Shown piece by piece: positions 1 through 13,057 of a stretch of 64,000 nt of DNA (positions within the stretch are counted from its first letter, which is position 1; each line of letters begins with the position of its first letter). A program made the position numbers and the translations under genes. The DNA comes from Vicugna vicugna (lineage: Eukaryota): contig MU058444.1 of NCBI GenBank assembly GCA_013265495.1, forward strand, positions 1,116,001 to 1,180,000, written 5' to 3'. The notes under the pieces were generated by a model. That model had not been told where the DNA came from and ran no database searches. It saw only the letters and a program-made list of their open reading frames with translations.

Positions 1-94
1 GCAGAAGAGAATAAGGATGAGAAGAAATGGGCTGAGTAATAAAATAGAAAACGCATTTGTACAATACACCATTCTCTCACCAAAAAAAAAGAAC

Positions 95-830
95 AAACAA
101 ACCTTCAACATAATAAAGGCCATGCATGACAAACCCATGAGTCTCAGTCAGTGGTGAAAGGTTAAAAGCCTTTCCTCTAAGGTCAAGAACAAAACAAGGA
201 TGCCCACCACCTTCACTACACTTATTCCACATAGCTCTGGGATTCCTAGCTGGAGCAAGATAAAGAAGATGTGGTACAGTTACACACACAGACACAGACA
301 CACACACACACACACACACACACACATCCGCGAGAAAGAAGGAAAGCCCACCATTGGCAATGACATGGACGGACCTTGCGCGTATTATGCTAAGTGAATA
401 AATCAGACAGGGAAAGACAAATGCTGTATTATGTCACTTATACATGGGATCTAAATAACCCAAACTCATAGAAACAGAGAAGAGAAGAGTGGCATTTGCT
501 AGGATTGGGAGATGAGGGAATCGTGGCGATGTCGGTCAAAATGTACAAATTTGCAAATAAAAAATAAACAAGGTCTGGAGAGCTAGTTCACAGTCTAGTG
601 ATTATAGTAAAAAAAAAAGAAAGAAAAGAATACTGTGTTGTATAATTTAAAATGGTTAAGAGACTAGATTTTAAATGTTCTCAACACAAGAAATAATAGT
701 TATGTGAAGTAATAGTGATGTGAGCTTATGCTGTAATAGTAATCATATTACAGTATGTAAATATCAAATCAATACATTGTACAGTTGACATTTACACAAA
801 GTTATATGTCAAATATATCTCAATAAAAGA
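95..830 (+). mobile_element. Old L1 fragments (ORF2 remnant plus 3' UTR) with an embedded (CA)n
   Basis: L1 motifs 'tttcctctaaggtcaagaacaaaacaaggatgccca', 'ttatgctaagtgaataaatcagac' and terminal 'tatatctcaataaa'. Confidence 0.8.
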
Positions 831-1289
831 CTATATTAGCGAAAGGTAGTATAAACATTTAAAAAGCTTGATAAAATACAAATTATCAGACAACACTAAC
901 ATTTATTACTGAAAGTAATACATGAAACAAAAGTGAGAATATATGCATGTGTATACATGTACAACATACGTGGGTATACTATATTTTGTATCCTACAAAA
1001 TTAAATGTAAGTGATCCTCTTGAGAGGTTGGAACATTTGAAATAATTGATACTGTCTTTGGCTACTCAGAACTGTAAAGCCAGGAGAGATAGGAGAAGCC
1101 AACTTAGTAATATGAGGTATAAATGGAAGCAGTCTTATACAGCGGTTATGAACATAAAGTAAGCAGTTAGACTAGTTTTGTGGTGAAAAACGTGGGAAGT
1201 TACTTACCTTTATAATATTAAGAGAGTAACATATTCTACAGCATAGGGTGATTCTGAGGGTGAAATGACTCACTACATATAAAACTCTC

Positions 1290-1500
1290 AGATACAAACT
1301 ACTTATATAAAATAGATGAACAATAAGTTCATACTGTACAGCACAGGGAGCTGTATTCAATATCTTGCAGTAACCCATAATGGAAAAAAATATGGAAAGG
1401 AATCTATGTATGTACATGTATGACTGAGACATGAAATTGACACATTGTAACTGACTATACTTCAATTAAAAAATGAAAAATGAAAACAAACAAAACAAAA
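1290..1500 (+). mobile_element. 5'-truncated L1 3' end
   Basis: 'gacacattgtaactgactatacttcaattaaaaaa' terminus shared with copies near 5250, 15390 and 28925; A-rich tail. Confidence 0.75.
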
Positions 1501-1954
1501 AACCACTCAGTACCACTGCTGGCCTATGGTACATGCTAAATACATATTAGCCTAAAAACTTAAGACACGTGCTCTTAAATAAATACTCGATTTAGAATAA
1601 AATTAAAACTGAAATGACATTACTAATTCAAAAATAGTAAAAAAAAAAAAGAGAGAGACTTGAAAAGCAAAGCATAGACTATACCTATATGTATAAAAAT
1701 GGAGTATTATGTTATTACATATTAAAAATGATGAAAATAAACTAATTTTTGAATTTTAGAAGTTAAATGTCAGAGGAATTAAATTAGGAAATAGGAAAGA
1801 TTTGGGTTAGAAGCCGACCACCATTTCTGCTGATAGGAAAGAGTTGTGAAAAGGTAGATCTCAGGAAAGTGGTTAATTTTGCAAGAGCCACCTTTAAGAA
1901 TGGAGATTTGTTTTTGAGAGCACTGTCTGCTTGAAGGCCTGGATAAAATGGGTG

Positions 1955-2410
1955 AGACGGACTGAGTTGTAACCCCCCAAAAAGATATGCTGAAGTCCTA
2001 GCCCCGAGCAACGCAAAATGTAACCTTATTTGGAGACAAGGTCTTTGCAGAAACAGTCAAATTAAGACAAGGTTATTAGGGTGGATCCTACATCCAATAT
2101 GAGTGGAGTCCTTATTCAAAAGAGAAAACTTGGGGACTTGGGGACAACACACACAGGGACACTGACAGTGTAGGTTAAGGCAGACACACAGTGATGCTTC
2201 GACAAGCCAAGGAATGCCAGGGGTAGCAGGCAGGGCGCCCGGAGCTGGGAAACATGCATGAAACAGACTCTGCCTCAGAGCCCTCAAAAGGAGCCAGCCC
2301 CACCTGCACCTTGATCTCGGACTTCTGGCCTCCAGAACTGTGAGATACTACATTGCTGTTCTTCGAAGCCAGCCAGTTTGTGGTACTTTGTTACGGAAGT
2401 CCCAGGAACC
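1955..2410 (+). mobile_element. MaLR LTR (MLT1-like)
   Basis: 'ccccaaaaagatatgctgaagtcctagcccc', 'accttgatctcggacttctggcctccagaactgtgaga', 'tttgtggtactttgttacgg'. Confidence 0.8.
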
Positions 2411-3809
2411 TGATACGAAGGATGATCGCCCTAGATCTGGAGATGCCCATGCCTGCTGGGAGTGCCAAGGAGCTGCTTTGGGACCGCATTTGGATGCCTC
2501 CAACCCAGGTGGCATCTCTCACAGACCCCCTCTCCCCAGCCTAGGGCCTCATCTGTCTCTTCTAGCTATTGTTTGGGGCACACCTGCTCACTTTCTCTGG
2601 TCCACCCTCCGGTGCCAGTCTTCTGTTTTGCCTCTGGAATTAGGTCTCCACCCACTCCTTTGGAAGTTATGCTTTGAGTCTTTCTGCGCCCCCTGCTCTG
2701 ACCATTAGCTCCAGTGACCCTTTGGCTGGTCTTACCTACACCTACATTCTTTCCCTGTTTCTGAAACTCCAGCAGGGGTTGAGCCCTCATTTCCCACATA
2801 CTGGAGGTTGGATTGGCCCCCAAGATGCCTGGGGCTCTCCCTCTGGTACCAGAAGTAGGAACAAGGTCTGGTTTCTGGATTTGGAACATCCTTGAATCCA
2901 CCATGTTAGTGTTGCCATCCATCCCCTGTCTGAAAGTCCATTTCAGCTTGTTTCACAGATCAGAACATAACAACCCTCTTCCTTATGAAATAAACATTCC
3001 TAGTGGCTTGTACCGCAAGGTGCACCCCTCTGGCTTGCTTCTTCCAGGTAAAACTCTTCATGAAATCTACATGGATGCCACACTGGATGGAACATAAGCC
3101 ACTTCTACTCTGGGCTCCCCATATTCATTCAGAATAAATGGGGAATACTTTTTAACTAGTTGACAAAAATTCCTGTTAGGCAGTGTCAAAAACTCTGATT
3201 GAGGGTAGAAATTAATTATCTTAATTATAATGCCAGAAAACACACCAATGTAGTTTTCTCCCATAAGATTCAGTAGTTCAGTTGTCTACAAACAGAGACA
3301 GACTCACAGACATACAGAACAAACTTATGATTACCAGTGGGAAAAGGAGGTAGGAAGGGATAAATTGGGAATGTGAAATTTGGATCTCTTTGGGGAGTGA
3401 TGGAAATGTGAGCTGTCTTGACTGTGGTGGTGGTTTCATGGGTGTATATACATCTATCCAAATCCATCCAATTGTACATCTGAAATATGTGTAGTTACTG
3501 TACAGGAATCATACCATAATAAAGGTGTTAAAAATTCAGTAGTTCAGAAGGGGATTGACACATTTAGTGCATTTAAGAATCACAAGGGGAAGGCATTTGA
3601 AGGTACTAAAGAGTGTGAAAAAATTCCTTACCATAAGCTTCAGGATGGCAGGCAAGGAAGTGAATCCAAGAGAAGAGTGAGAATAAGAAAATCATGGGGG
3701 ACTGAGGAGCATACTGATGTATAAGAAAATAATTCGAAGGAGGAACAAGATTTGAAAAGAAAGGGGCCTGGTGTGCTTGGAGGTGTGGCAAATTGTTCTC
3801 TATCAAAGA

Positions 3810-4378
3810 TGCATCAATATATTTCCATTTCCACATGCTGTTCTTTTTTTTTTTTCAATGCTACCTGGATGATCCTCCATCAGGAGATGCGGATCTATGT
3901 CTCCTTCCCTTGAAACGAAGCAGAACTTTGTACAAAATTCCCTGGACCAATGGGATGCAGTGACGGTATGCTGTGTGATTTCAGAGGCTGACTCATGAGA
4001 GGCAATAATGGCTTCCATCTAACTGTCTCAGGACATGTGCTGTCGGGGCCCCGAAGGCATTCGTAAGAAGCCCAGCTATCCTGAAGCTGTTTTGCTGGAG
4101 AGACCACGGGGAGAAACTACATAGAGACAGAAACTGAATTCAAGAAATCCCAGCTTTTCAAGGCTTCCCAGTTGAGGCACCAGACAAGTGATGAAGAGGC
4201 TTTTGAGACTGTCCTTCCTGAGATAACGATCTGATTGCAACCTCAGGAAACTCCTGGGCCAGAAGCACCCAGCCAAGCCATCCCCAAATTCCAGACCCAC
4301 AGAAACAGTGAGAAATAGTAAATAATTTTTGTTGTTTTAAGACACTAAATTTTGGAGTGATTTTTACATAACAATAGA
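3810..4378 (+). mobile_element. MaLR LTR (older MLT1 subfamily)
   Basis: 3' motif 'ccagacccacagaaacagtgaga...gttttaagacactaaattttggagtgatt...acataacaatag'. Confidence 0.7.
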
Positions 4379-4789
4379 AAAAGTGGTAAAAATGAAGAAA
4401 AATGTCAAGTATGAGAAAATGAGAGAAAATAAAAGGACAGGAAACTAATACTCTGTAGAAAAAGGCAATGAAATGGCCTCCAAAGGCAAGTTGGCTTGGA
4501 GCATTCCAGTGAACAAAGGGCCACATTACATGGACGCTTCCGGTTCACATACCATCAGTCCCAGGCTCTATTTGTAGTCATTCAACTATAAGGAAAACAT
4601 GAGCTGGAAATAAACTGTATATCAGCAGAGAAGTTGAATATATTTGGAAATCTCTAGTAGGAGGGAAAGAACATCTGTTGGAAAAGTTTTTATGATGATT
4701 TCATTAATTAGACAAAGTCCTTTTCCAGGAAGGAATTAGAGGAAAAGTGAAGATAAGATGATCTGTTTAAAATGACATATTAACATTGT

Positions 4790-5286
4790 ATAACCATATT
4801 TATATAATGGAATACTACTCAGCTATAAAAAAGAGTAAAATAATGCCATTTGCATCAACATGGATGGACCTAGAGATCGTCATTCTAAGTGAAGTAAACC
4901 AGAAAGAGAAAGAAAAATACCATAGGTTATCACTTATATGCAGAATCAAAAACAGAAAAAAAGAGGAGACTAATGAACTCATCTACAAAACAGAAACAGA
5001 CTCACAGACATAGTCAACAATCTTATGGTTACTGGGGAAAGGGGTTGGAAGGAATAAATTTGGGAGTTTGAGATTTGCAAATGTTAGCCACTATATATAA
5101 ACATAAATTTAAAAAACAAATGTCTTCTGTACAGCATAGGGAACTATATTCAACATTTTGTAATAACCTTTAATGAAAAAGAATATGCAAATAAATATAT
5201 GTATGTATGTTCATGACTGGGACATTGTCCTGTACACCAGAAATTGACACATTATAACTGACTATACTTCAATCAAAAAAAAAAAG
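4790..5286 (+). mobile_element. L1 3' fragment (end of ORF2 and 3' UTR) with poly(A)
   Basis: Translates YIMEYYSAIKK...TWMDLEIVILSEVNQ (L1 ORF2 C-terminus); candidate TSD atattaaca at 4777-4785 and 5289-5297. Confidence 0.88.
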
Positions 5287-5949
5287 ATATATTAACAGTT
5301 CCAGTAAAAGCAGGAGACAGATGTAGAATATGGGTGAGAAAAAAGCATTAGAAACAACACCACCAGGAGAGGAGAACGCTAGCTTCCGTGGGGTGCTTCT
5401 AATTTTGAGACAGAGAACTAAAGAAAACAGCCGAAGTTACATTACAGATGTGACCCACAAGCTCATTTGATTTTTATTTGCAGTCAGGAAAAGTGCTTTA
5501 AGGTAGAACAAATATAATCTAATATCTCCAATATCTCTCCCTTGACCTCACATCCTTCTCCAGATACGGTCCCAATTTTCTGTTTCTCTTTATAGCAAAT
5601 TTCCTTGAAAGACAAAATGCCTATTATCAAAAATTATCCTGCTTTCAATTTATCCTGAATCCATTCAGCCTAGATTTTTGCTCCCCCAATCCTTCCCACA
5701 AATAATTCTCTTATTATCACCACTTCTGCCTTCCACATTGTTAAATCAGTACTCTGTCCTCATTTTACCTGAGTTATTAGTAATTGATTATATGTATCCC
5801 TCAAAGATATTCTGGACCACAGCAACAAAGGAAATATCAGAAAAAAGAGAGTCACAACATGAGCATTCTCAAGTGTCTAGGAAAATTCTGAGCTATGTGG
5901 GGAGGCTTTGACACAGTTTAGTATTCTAGATGAAGGGAAAAGAACGGAT

Positions 5950-6165
5950 ACACGCTACTATATGTAAAACAGATAAATGACAAGGACCTATCGTATAGCA
6001 CAGGGAACCATATTCAATTTATTATAATAGCATATAATGGAAAAGAATCTGAAAAATATATACAATATTATATATATACACATATAACTGAATCCACTTT
6101 GCTATACACCTGAAACTAACATTGTAAATCAACCCTATTTCAATTTTAAAAAATAGAAAAAAAAA
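5950..6165 (+). mobile_element. L1 3' end about 280 bp upstream of the GFRAL ATG
   Basis: 'caaggacctatcgtatagcacagggaacca', 'tacacctgaaactaacattgtaaatcaac' and an A-rich tail. Confidence 0.8.
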
Positions 6166-6445
6166 CCCTACTTTTTTTCCTGTTTGTGCAGAGTACGTAT
6201 CATTTCTTAGTATCTGGCTCCAGGGCTTTCCTGGAAGCATAATATCTGAGCTCAGTACACTCAGGAGAAGATAACTGAATTTGGACATAATTAGGAAAGT
6301 TCGCAGCTCAGGAAAGATTGGTGAGGAAGTGATGACATAGGAAGAGCGGAAGCCGAAGCCTTATTCTGGGCAGTTACTGGTAAGAAGGTGGTGGGAGTAA
6401 ACACGCCTGCTTTTCTTCCAGGTGAGCAGCCCCGAGGTGTCCACC

Positions 6446-6467
6446 ATGATGGTCTTCATTTTCTTCG
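6446..6467 (+). CDS. GFRAL: GFRAL coding exon 1, start of signal peptide (MMVFIFF-A)
   Basis: ccaccATG Kozak context; matches human MIVFIFLA; donor G|gtaagt; 22 nt, phase 1. Confidence 0.93.
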
Positions 6468-9069
6468 GTAAGTGACTGATGCTTCAGGTTTATAGCACCC
6501 CAATTCTTCATGCACCGAATGCTGTCCCATGTAACTGAACTGTCAGGTAAGCTAACAGAGCCTGATATTATAAAATCCTAATTACAAATTTATGCTTGAA
6601 CATGGCTTATTCACCTACTTTTACTCATTTGTAACCATGGAAAATGCACAATGTGAGAATTGCATTCAACTCTCAGGTTGCTTCTGGTTTTTTTTTTCAT
6701 AGAATCATCTACTCACTCTGAGTAATTTACGAAGATGTATAGAATTTACAAATATACTAGAGCCTTTTAGAAATGAAACCTTCCAGGACCTATTTACAAG
6801 TTATAATATGACAAATTATGAATCGTTATCTATTTTTCTTTGAAATTAAATTAAAATGAGATTAATTGAAATCATTCAGTTTCCCTGATTTTTAGGTGTT
6901 CCTATTTATTAAGTAGGAGTCAGTTAGTCGAGTAACACAACACTACGACAAATGCTTCACATTTTAGTCCATTTTTGTGACCTAGAGATAAGTGTGAATT
7001 TATCTCTCTTGTGTTGGGTAGAGTGAATGTATTGTAAGATGCTAGTAAAAAAGAATTTGTTTATACTTAGAGTCTATGAAGATCTACGTGCTATGTGTGT
7101 TATTAAAGAAGCTATTATATTTTCATCAGCATTTTGTAGGATCTGTAAATTGAATTCAGAAAAAAGGATAGCTGTAATTATAGCTGGATATTAATAATCT
7201 ACTCATTAAAACAAAGCCTGTGTATTTTCTGCTTACTCTGTGCTAATAGACACTGATGAATAAAGGCATAACTGTGGGCAAGAAAACAAAGAAGGTTATT
7301 TTGAATTATGATGAACAGAAAAAGAGAATCAAAATAAATCTAGTCAAAGAAAATTAAGGCAAGAAGGAAAGGAATCTTTTTATATAATTTCAGGTTTGGG
7401 GGAGTTTAAAATAATAGTTATTTAACGTTCCAAAATTTTGCTCCTTGTGCTTATTTCTAATAATATTTCCTTATTTCTTTTATTTCTATTAAGCAGAATT
7501 CTAGGAGAATTAAATTTTTGTAGGTCAGACAGCAGTATAGCAAAGCACACAAAATACATTGCACCTTCATCATGGCCCTCGTTGAAAAGACAATGGTGGC
7601 CTCTTGTTTTCAACTTTCACTTCTAAATTAACCTCGACACCAGGTTGCATGATGGAGGGAAGTCGTATCTAACACGATCAGGGTCAGAATTGTGCTATTC
7701 GTGAGGTTTAACCAGTATTTCCCATACTGCGTTCTTCAGAATATTTGTTCAACATCATTTAAACAGGCCTTGTGATGTGGGAAAGTTCTGTAGCCAAAGA
7801 AACATGAGACACAGTCAGTCTTCAAATAGGAGCATTTAATATCCTAATGAGCCTTCTGCATCTTTAAGAAGGTGATAAAATGTGTAATATTCTCCATCTT
7901 ATTTAGTTTAAAATAGAAGCTGTGTTTCACTTAGCATTTCAGGAGGAACTTGAAAACCCCTGGCTTAAGTACATTTAAATACACAAATCATAGTCAGGAG
8001 TGGATAAGATTTGGGAAGCTAAAGTTATTTTGCTTCTTCTGGGCCAAATCATTAAGCTGGTTTTCCTACTGACTCAGTTATTTCATCTGAGTGGAAGGTG
8101 TGGGAAGTCCTGTAAAATAAACAATCAAGTTGGTGGTTCAACCTAAAATTTTAAATACGAAAGAAAATAAAATTCACTGGGGAAGGATAACATGCAGCAA
8201 TCACTCATGATCATTGCACTGATAGCAGTGAGGCTCTGATGATCTCCCCAAGAGAACATCACTTAGAAGTGTCTTGAGGGAGCTATTCACAAGATGTAAT
8301 GGTCACTGGCAAATAAAATTCCAGTTGTTTCTTAAACTTCTGACCTAAAAGTCCCTACTTTGGGATCTTTGGCGAGCTGGATGCAAACAAGTAACCCTGG
8401 GCCAGAATCCAGGTGGCTCTCTTCTTCTTCCTCTAGGCTCGCTAACCTAGAGCAAGGGCTTGGCTAGATGAGGTTGGCTAGATGAGGTACACTGAAAAAA
8501 ACCCAGAACGCTGATATGTCAATTTCCACTCCAGTCCTCAACGAGAAAAATGTGATCAAGCTACACCCACGGGGCTAATCGCCAGAGGCACTGGTCCAGC
8601 CGGTAGCACATACGATCCAATCAGTTGTCAAGGATTCTCCTTAGGAGAAGAGATTTGGAAAGAGGTAACATTTTTTTTTAAAGAGATGTCACTGGCTTTA
8701 CTTGAAGCCTATAACTCTGTGTTGTGACAGGGGATTCATAATTAACCTCGTTTAAAAAAAATCAAATAATTTGGCTGATTACAACATAGCTGGAGGTCTC
8801 CTGATTTTAGTTAGCATGCTGTCCCTATAACTCGATTGTAATTTCCATATTTTTCTATGGATTGCTTAAGCAAGAGTCAGTTTGTATGCCTGCAGCATGT
8901 TTGAGTCCTTAGTACACTGTACTGGCTTCACATTGCTACTTTCTTGATACGTTTAGAAAACTTGCTGGAGACTTTTCCACCCAAAATAACTTGTAAATAT
9001 CTGGAAGGTGTTATTTTTATTGGGCATTCCTAGTTATTTATGTATAACTCATTCATAAACAACTATTCA

Positions 9070-10330
9070 AGGTGGTGTAAGTCAACATGCATTTATTGGA
9101 TATCTATGATGCATCACTGTATTGATGATGGGGATACAATTCTGAATTACCCCTAATGCCTGCTGAGTAAAACCCTAGAACCCAGTGTAAAGACAAACAC
9201 AGAAATACACACTTTTGTTACAGAGCAATAAATGCTTGGGTTGGAAGTACCCAAGATTGTAGTGAAACAGGTAAGAGGTATTAAATTCCCTTTAGGTGTA
9301 GGAAAAGGGGTATTGAATTAGGACAAGTTTCCATCAAATAGGTAGTTATTGTGTTGAATCTTAAAGGACAAAATAAGAGAGTTATTCCAGAGGAAAAAAA
9401 AAAAAAGGAACCCCTGCTGGGTGTCCATACTGTAAAGGTTCAGAGATACGAGCATGGAGCATTTGAGAAACTGTAAATGCTTAAGGACCTCCAGATTGCA
9501 CATGGTGGAGAATGTGAGAGTCATGATATGAGGAACCCTCCAAAGGATGGGGCAGAGACATGGCAGGACTAGAATGGTAGATTAGCAGGTATAAAGAATT
9601 TATCTGAATAAGATGGAATTGGAGGCAGACTGACTAACTGATGGGTTGATCAGATAGTCAAAATAGGAGTCAATGAGCTATGCCAGAGTGTAGATGGGGG
9701 AGGGAAGCTGAGGCTAGACTAGGAGCCCACCATGAATCCAAGGTTCCTAATTTGGGTGCCACTGTGAATGGTGGAATTACTGATGAAGCAGATGGTCCAG
9801 CAGGGGGCGGTGATGAGGAAGACAATGCTAATGATAGGATTGTCTGAAAGTGTGTCTGGAACATCCAGGTGAGGGTAACAGCACCTCTAATTGGAAAATA
9901 AGGGGATTGAATGAGACATATGAGAATCATCAGTCTAGAGATTTTAGTTAAAACCACGAAGATGTGGAATTGTCCACAGAGAACGTGTGAAATGAGCATG
10001 AGAGAAGTCTGAGGGCAGAACACAAGCTACAAATATACTTTCACAGAATCATCAGAGGATCCTGGGATGGAGTCTAACCATGGGCGGAAAATAACAAATG
10101 AACAAGTATCAAGAGCATAAGAAGAGGGGGTGGCCAAAGGGGAAAGATTTCAAGAACAAAATGACAACAGAATGCCCAGCGATAGAAGGAGGCAGGAGGA
10201 AGTCTTCAACCTGTCAAACTTGACGTTGTGAAGGCGAGTAGGAAATTTCAAACAGCAGTTTCAATGGTGCAATAGTAATAAAAATAAAGCACACGCTGAA
10301 AAATGAATAGTAAAAAAGAGGGAGCAAATG
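9070..10330 (-). mobile_element. Degenerate L2 fragments
   Basis: L2-like purine-rich motifs such as 'catttattggatatctatg', 'gttgaatcttaaagga' and 'tgagaatcatcagtctagag'. Confidence 0.55.
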
Positions 10331-10543
10331 TAGACTCTTTATTTCAGAATCTTACATAAGAGACGCAGAGCTCCATAGTGAGGGGAGAGGTTACAGTCCA
10401 CGTCCAGCCTGGTAATGATTTTATCCCATTTGATTTTTCATTATTCTGCTCCGTATCGTTAATAACTCAGATTTCGAAGTACGTAACTGCCATCTTGTCA
10501 CATCGCTGCTGTTTTTGTTGTTTTGTGGTTGTTGTTACTCAAG

Positions 10544-10678
10544 CTGTGGGGCTGTGCTTGGGCAATGAGTCCCCTTCCCAAACCACCGACTGCACGTATT
10601 TAAGAGAGCGCTGCCTAAGTGATGCTAACGGATGCGAAGGCGCCTGGAGGAAAATGGAGGATGCCTGCCATGTGCCAG
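10544..10678 (+). CDS. GFRAL: GFRAL exon 2 (AVGLCLGNESPSQTTDCTYLRERCLSDANGCEGAWRKMEDACHVP), end of signal peptide and N-terminal half of D1
   Basis: caag| acceptor, CAG|gtagag donor, 135 nt; matches human CTYLREQCLRDANGCKHAWRVMEDAC. Confidence 0.95.
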
Positions 10679-12904
10679 GTAGAGCAAGTTGTTTAAAATA
10701 CACTCAAATAATGTCCTTTTACTGAGATAAACATAGGATTGACTATCGTAGGAAGTCAGTTTTTCTCTAAATACCTTATATGCAATCTTGGTATTCAAGT
10801 GATTCACCTTCAATTACTTATTAGTGAATTTAGTTACAAAAGAGTATTCTTAAATTACTCAAGGGCTCTGAAGCATTGAATTTATTTAAAGCATAAATTA
10901 GCTGTATGCAATATTTCAGATTATTCTTGTCTGAAATTATTATTATCATACTGATCTCACCATGTATAATGTTAAAATTACATACATGCCTCTCAGAAGC
11001 ATGGCGATAATTTTTCAGATAAAATGTTCTTTTGCTTCTATGTTAATATGTCAGTGATAACATAGGAAGATGACATTTGTGATGCTCAGACATGATTTAT
11101 TTGCATGTACGTAACACGAATTTTATATTCCTGCAACATAGTCACTATTTTCCATTCCAACTCTGTCCAGAACAAGTTAAAATAATATTTATATCATTAA
11201 ATATAAAATTTATAAATAAAGTATAATAAAATTTATAGTATTAAAATATTTTTATTTTTAATTTGTTCTACCTCCTACATCAAATGTCCAAACATTTGAG
11301 GGCAGGTCCAATGGGTAGAGAATGTGAAGACAGAAGAGTCACTGTCATTTGTTTAAAAGGAAAAAAATGTCCTAAATATACCAAGTAGCTGAATATATAT
11401 TGAATGAGAACATCAGAGCTAAGACCCATTCACTAAAAGTGGATACACCGATTACGTAGTGGGACCTTACCTTGATACTATTATGGCAAAACTTTTCAAA
11501 ATATCTTATTCTAACATAAAGTAAGTTTTATCAACTCATATAATGAATATTAGAATACCATAAAATCTGATATACCTTCTGGCATATTCAGTAAGAGAAA
11601 ACCAAAGGGGAAAATAAAAATACATTCTTCCATGACTCATTTTGTTTCTTCAGCCATTTCACAAAGAGTAAATTCTGTGATGCTCAAGCCCCTTGCCTGT
11701 CTGCTTGTGTGATCTCTTCCTCCCAAAGCTGTAAGGACAAGTGTGTTGGGTTAAGAGGCAACAACCCATAGTTCGGATGATGCCGACATTCACCGTCTCC
11801 ACCATCAGCCCCTGCCCAGCCACAAGATCTCAAGGAACTTACATAGGACGTAGGGGACAGGAGGGAGACTTCCTTCTCACACCTGCCTTGAAGGGGTACA
11901 CAGAATGTTCATACTCCCCCCAAATTATCCAATATTCATTCTCATTACATTCTCATCCAACATTCTCATTACAGATCAGGGGAAGAATTTCAAAGGCAAA
12001 TTTGCTCAAATAACACAACAATTTTAGGATGAGAATAAAGGACAGGAACAAAAAAATCTGTTATTTGTTTTGATGGTGAAGCTTCTTGTTACATTTTATG
12101 AGGCAATATAAAATATCACATTCAGTGTATCCTGAATTCCTCCATATTTATTTATTTCCATATACCAATAGCTAGTCACTTGCAGTGAATTATAATATTT
12201 GCACCATTTTCCCATGCATGGCGCTGAAATAGAAATATTCTTAAATACACAAATGAAATGTACTCAAGTGGTTTTATTCAGAGAAATGAATAATAGAAAA
12301 TTGCTGGGTGGATGAATATGGCTTTTTAAAGCAGAAAATGAAATATTGGTAATTATGAAAGGCTTGCTATTCAATGATATTTATTGAGTGCTTGCTGAGC
12401 ATCAGGACGATTTCATTTTCCATGATAAATTTAGAGCCACTTGATGTCTTGTATTGTAATCTTAGAATGACATGAAAAATAACATAGCAGATTCAGACCA
12501 AATAGCTAATAAAATAGCTAAACTGACAAAATGCTACAATTATAGAGCATTCTGGTCGCCTCCTATAAGGGCAGTCTTGATTATTATTAAAGAACAAAAA
12601 TTGGCATTCTAAGTGGAGGCAATGCAATTTTAAAATACAGAAAGCCTTAATCTATTTTAGAAAGTAAATATTGGGGGAATGACAGTAGAAATAGATTTTT
12701 CACTTGAAAAGGCCATTATATGGACATCCTGTAACAAAGCCAGATAATTTCATTATAATAATGAATTACTAAAATGAATATGTTAAAAGCTTTGGCGGTG
12801 GCGGGGTGGGGGGACTACCCAAAGCTTTAACAAAGCTTGGGTAAGGGAACTCAAAAATTACATTCAATGTAATGTCTAGGGTGTTACCTGTTTGTGAAAT
12901 CCAG

Positions 12905-13057
12905 GAGACCCCCGCCGGATGAAGGAGCCATTCAGCTGTAACCTGAGCATCCAGTCCTTAGTGGAAAGCGACTTCCGATTTAACGATTGTCTCTGTTCTG
13001 ATGACCTCTATTGTACTGTCAACAAACTGCTTGGGAAGAACCGCATCAATGAATCAG
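12905..13057 (+). CDS. GFRAL: GFRAL exon 3 (GDPRRMKEPFSCNLSIQSLVESDFRFNDCLCSDDLYCTVNKLLGKNRINES), C-terminal half of D1
   Basis: ccag| acceptor, CAG|gtacta donor, 153 nt, phase 1-1; matches human CNLSIQYLVESNFQFKECLCTDDFYCTVNKLLGK. Confidence 0.92.

Noticed and set aside
8461..8488. 14-bp perfect tandem duplication (tggctagatgaggt x2)
   Set aside because: Ordinary slippage-type duplication in intron 1 with no evident function.
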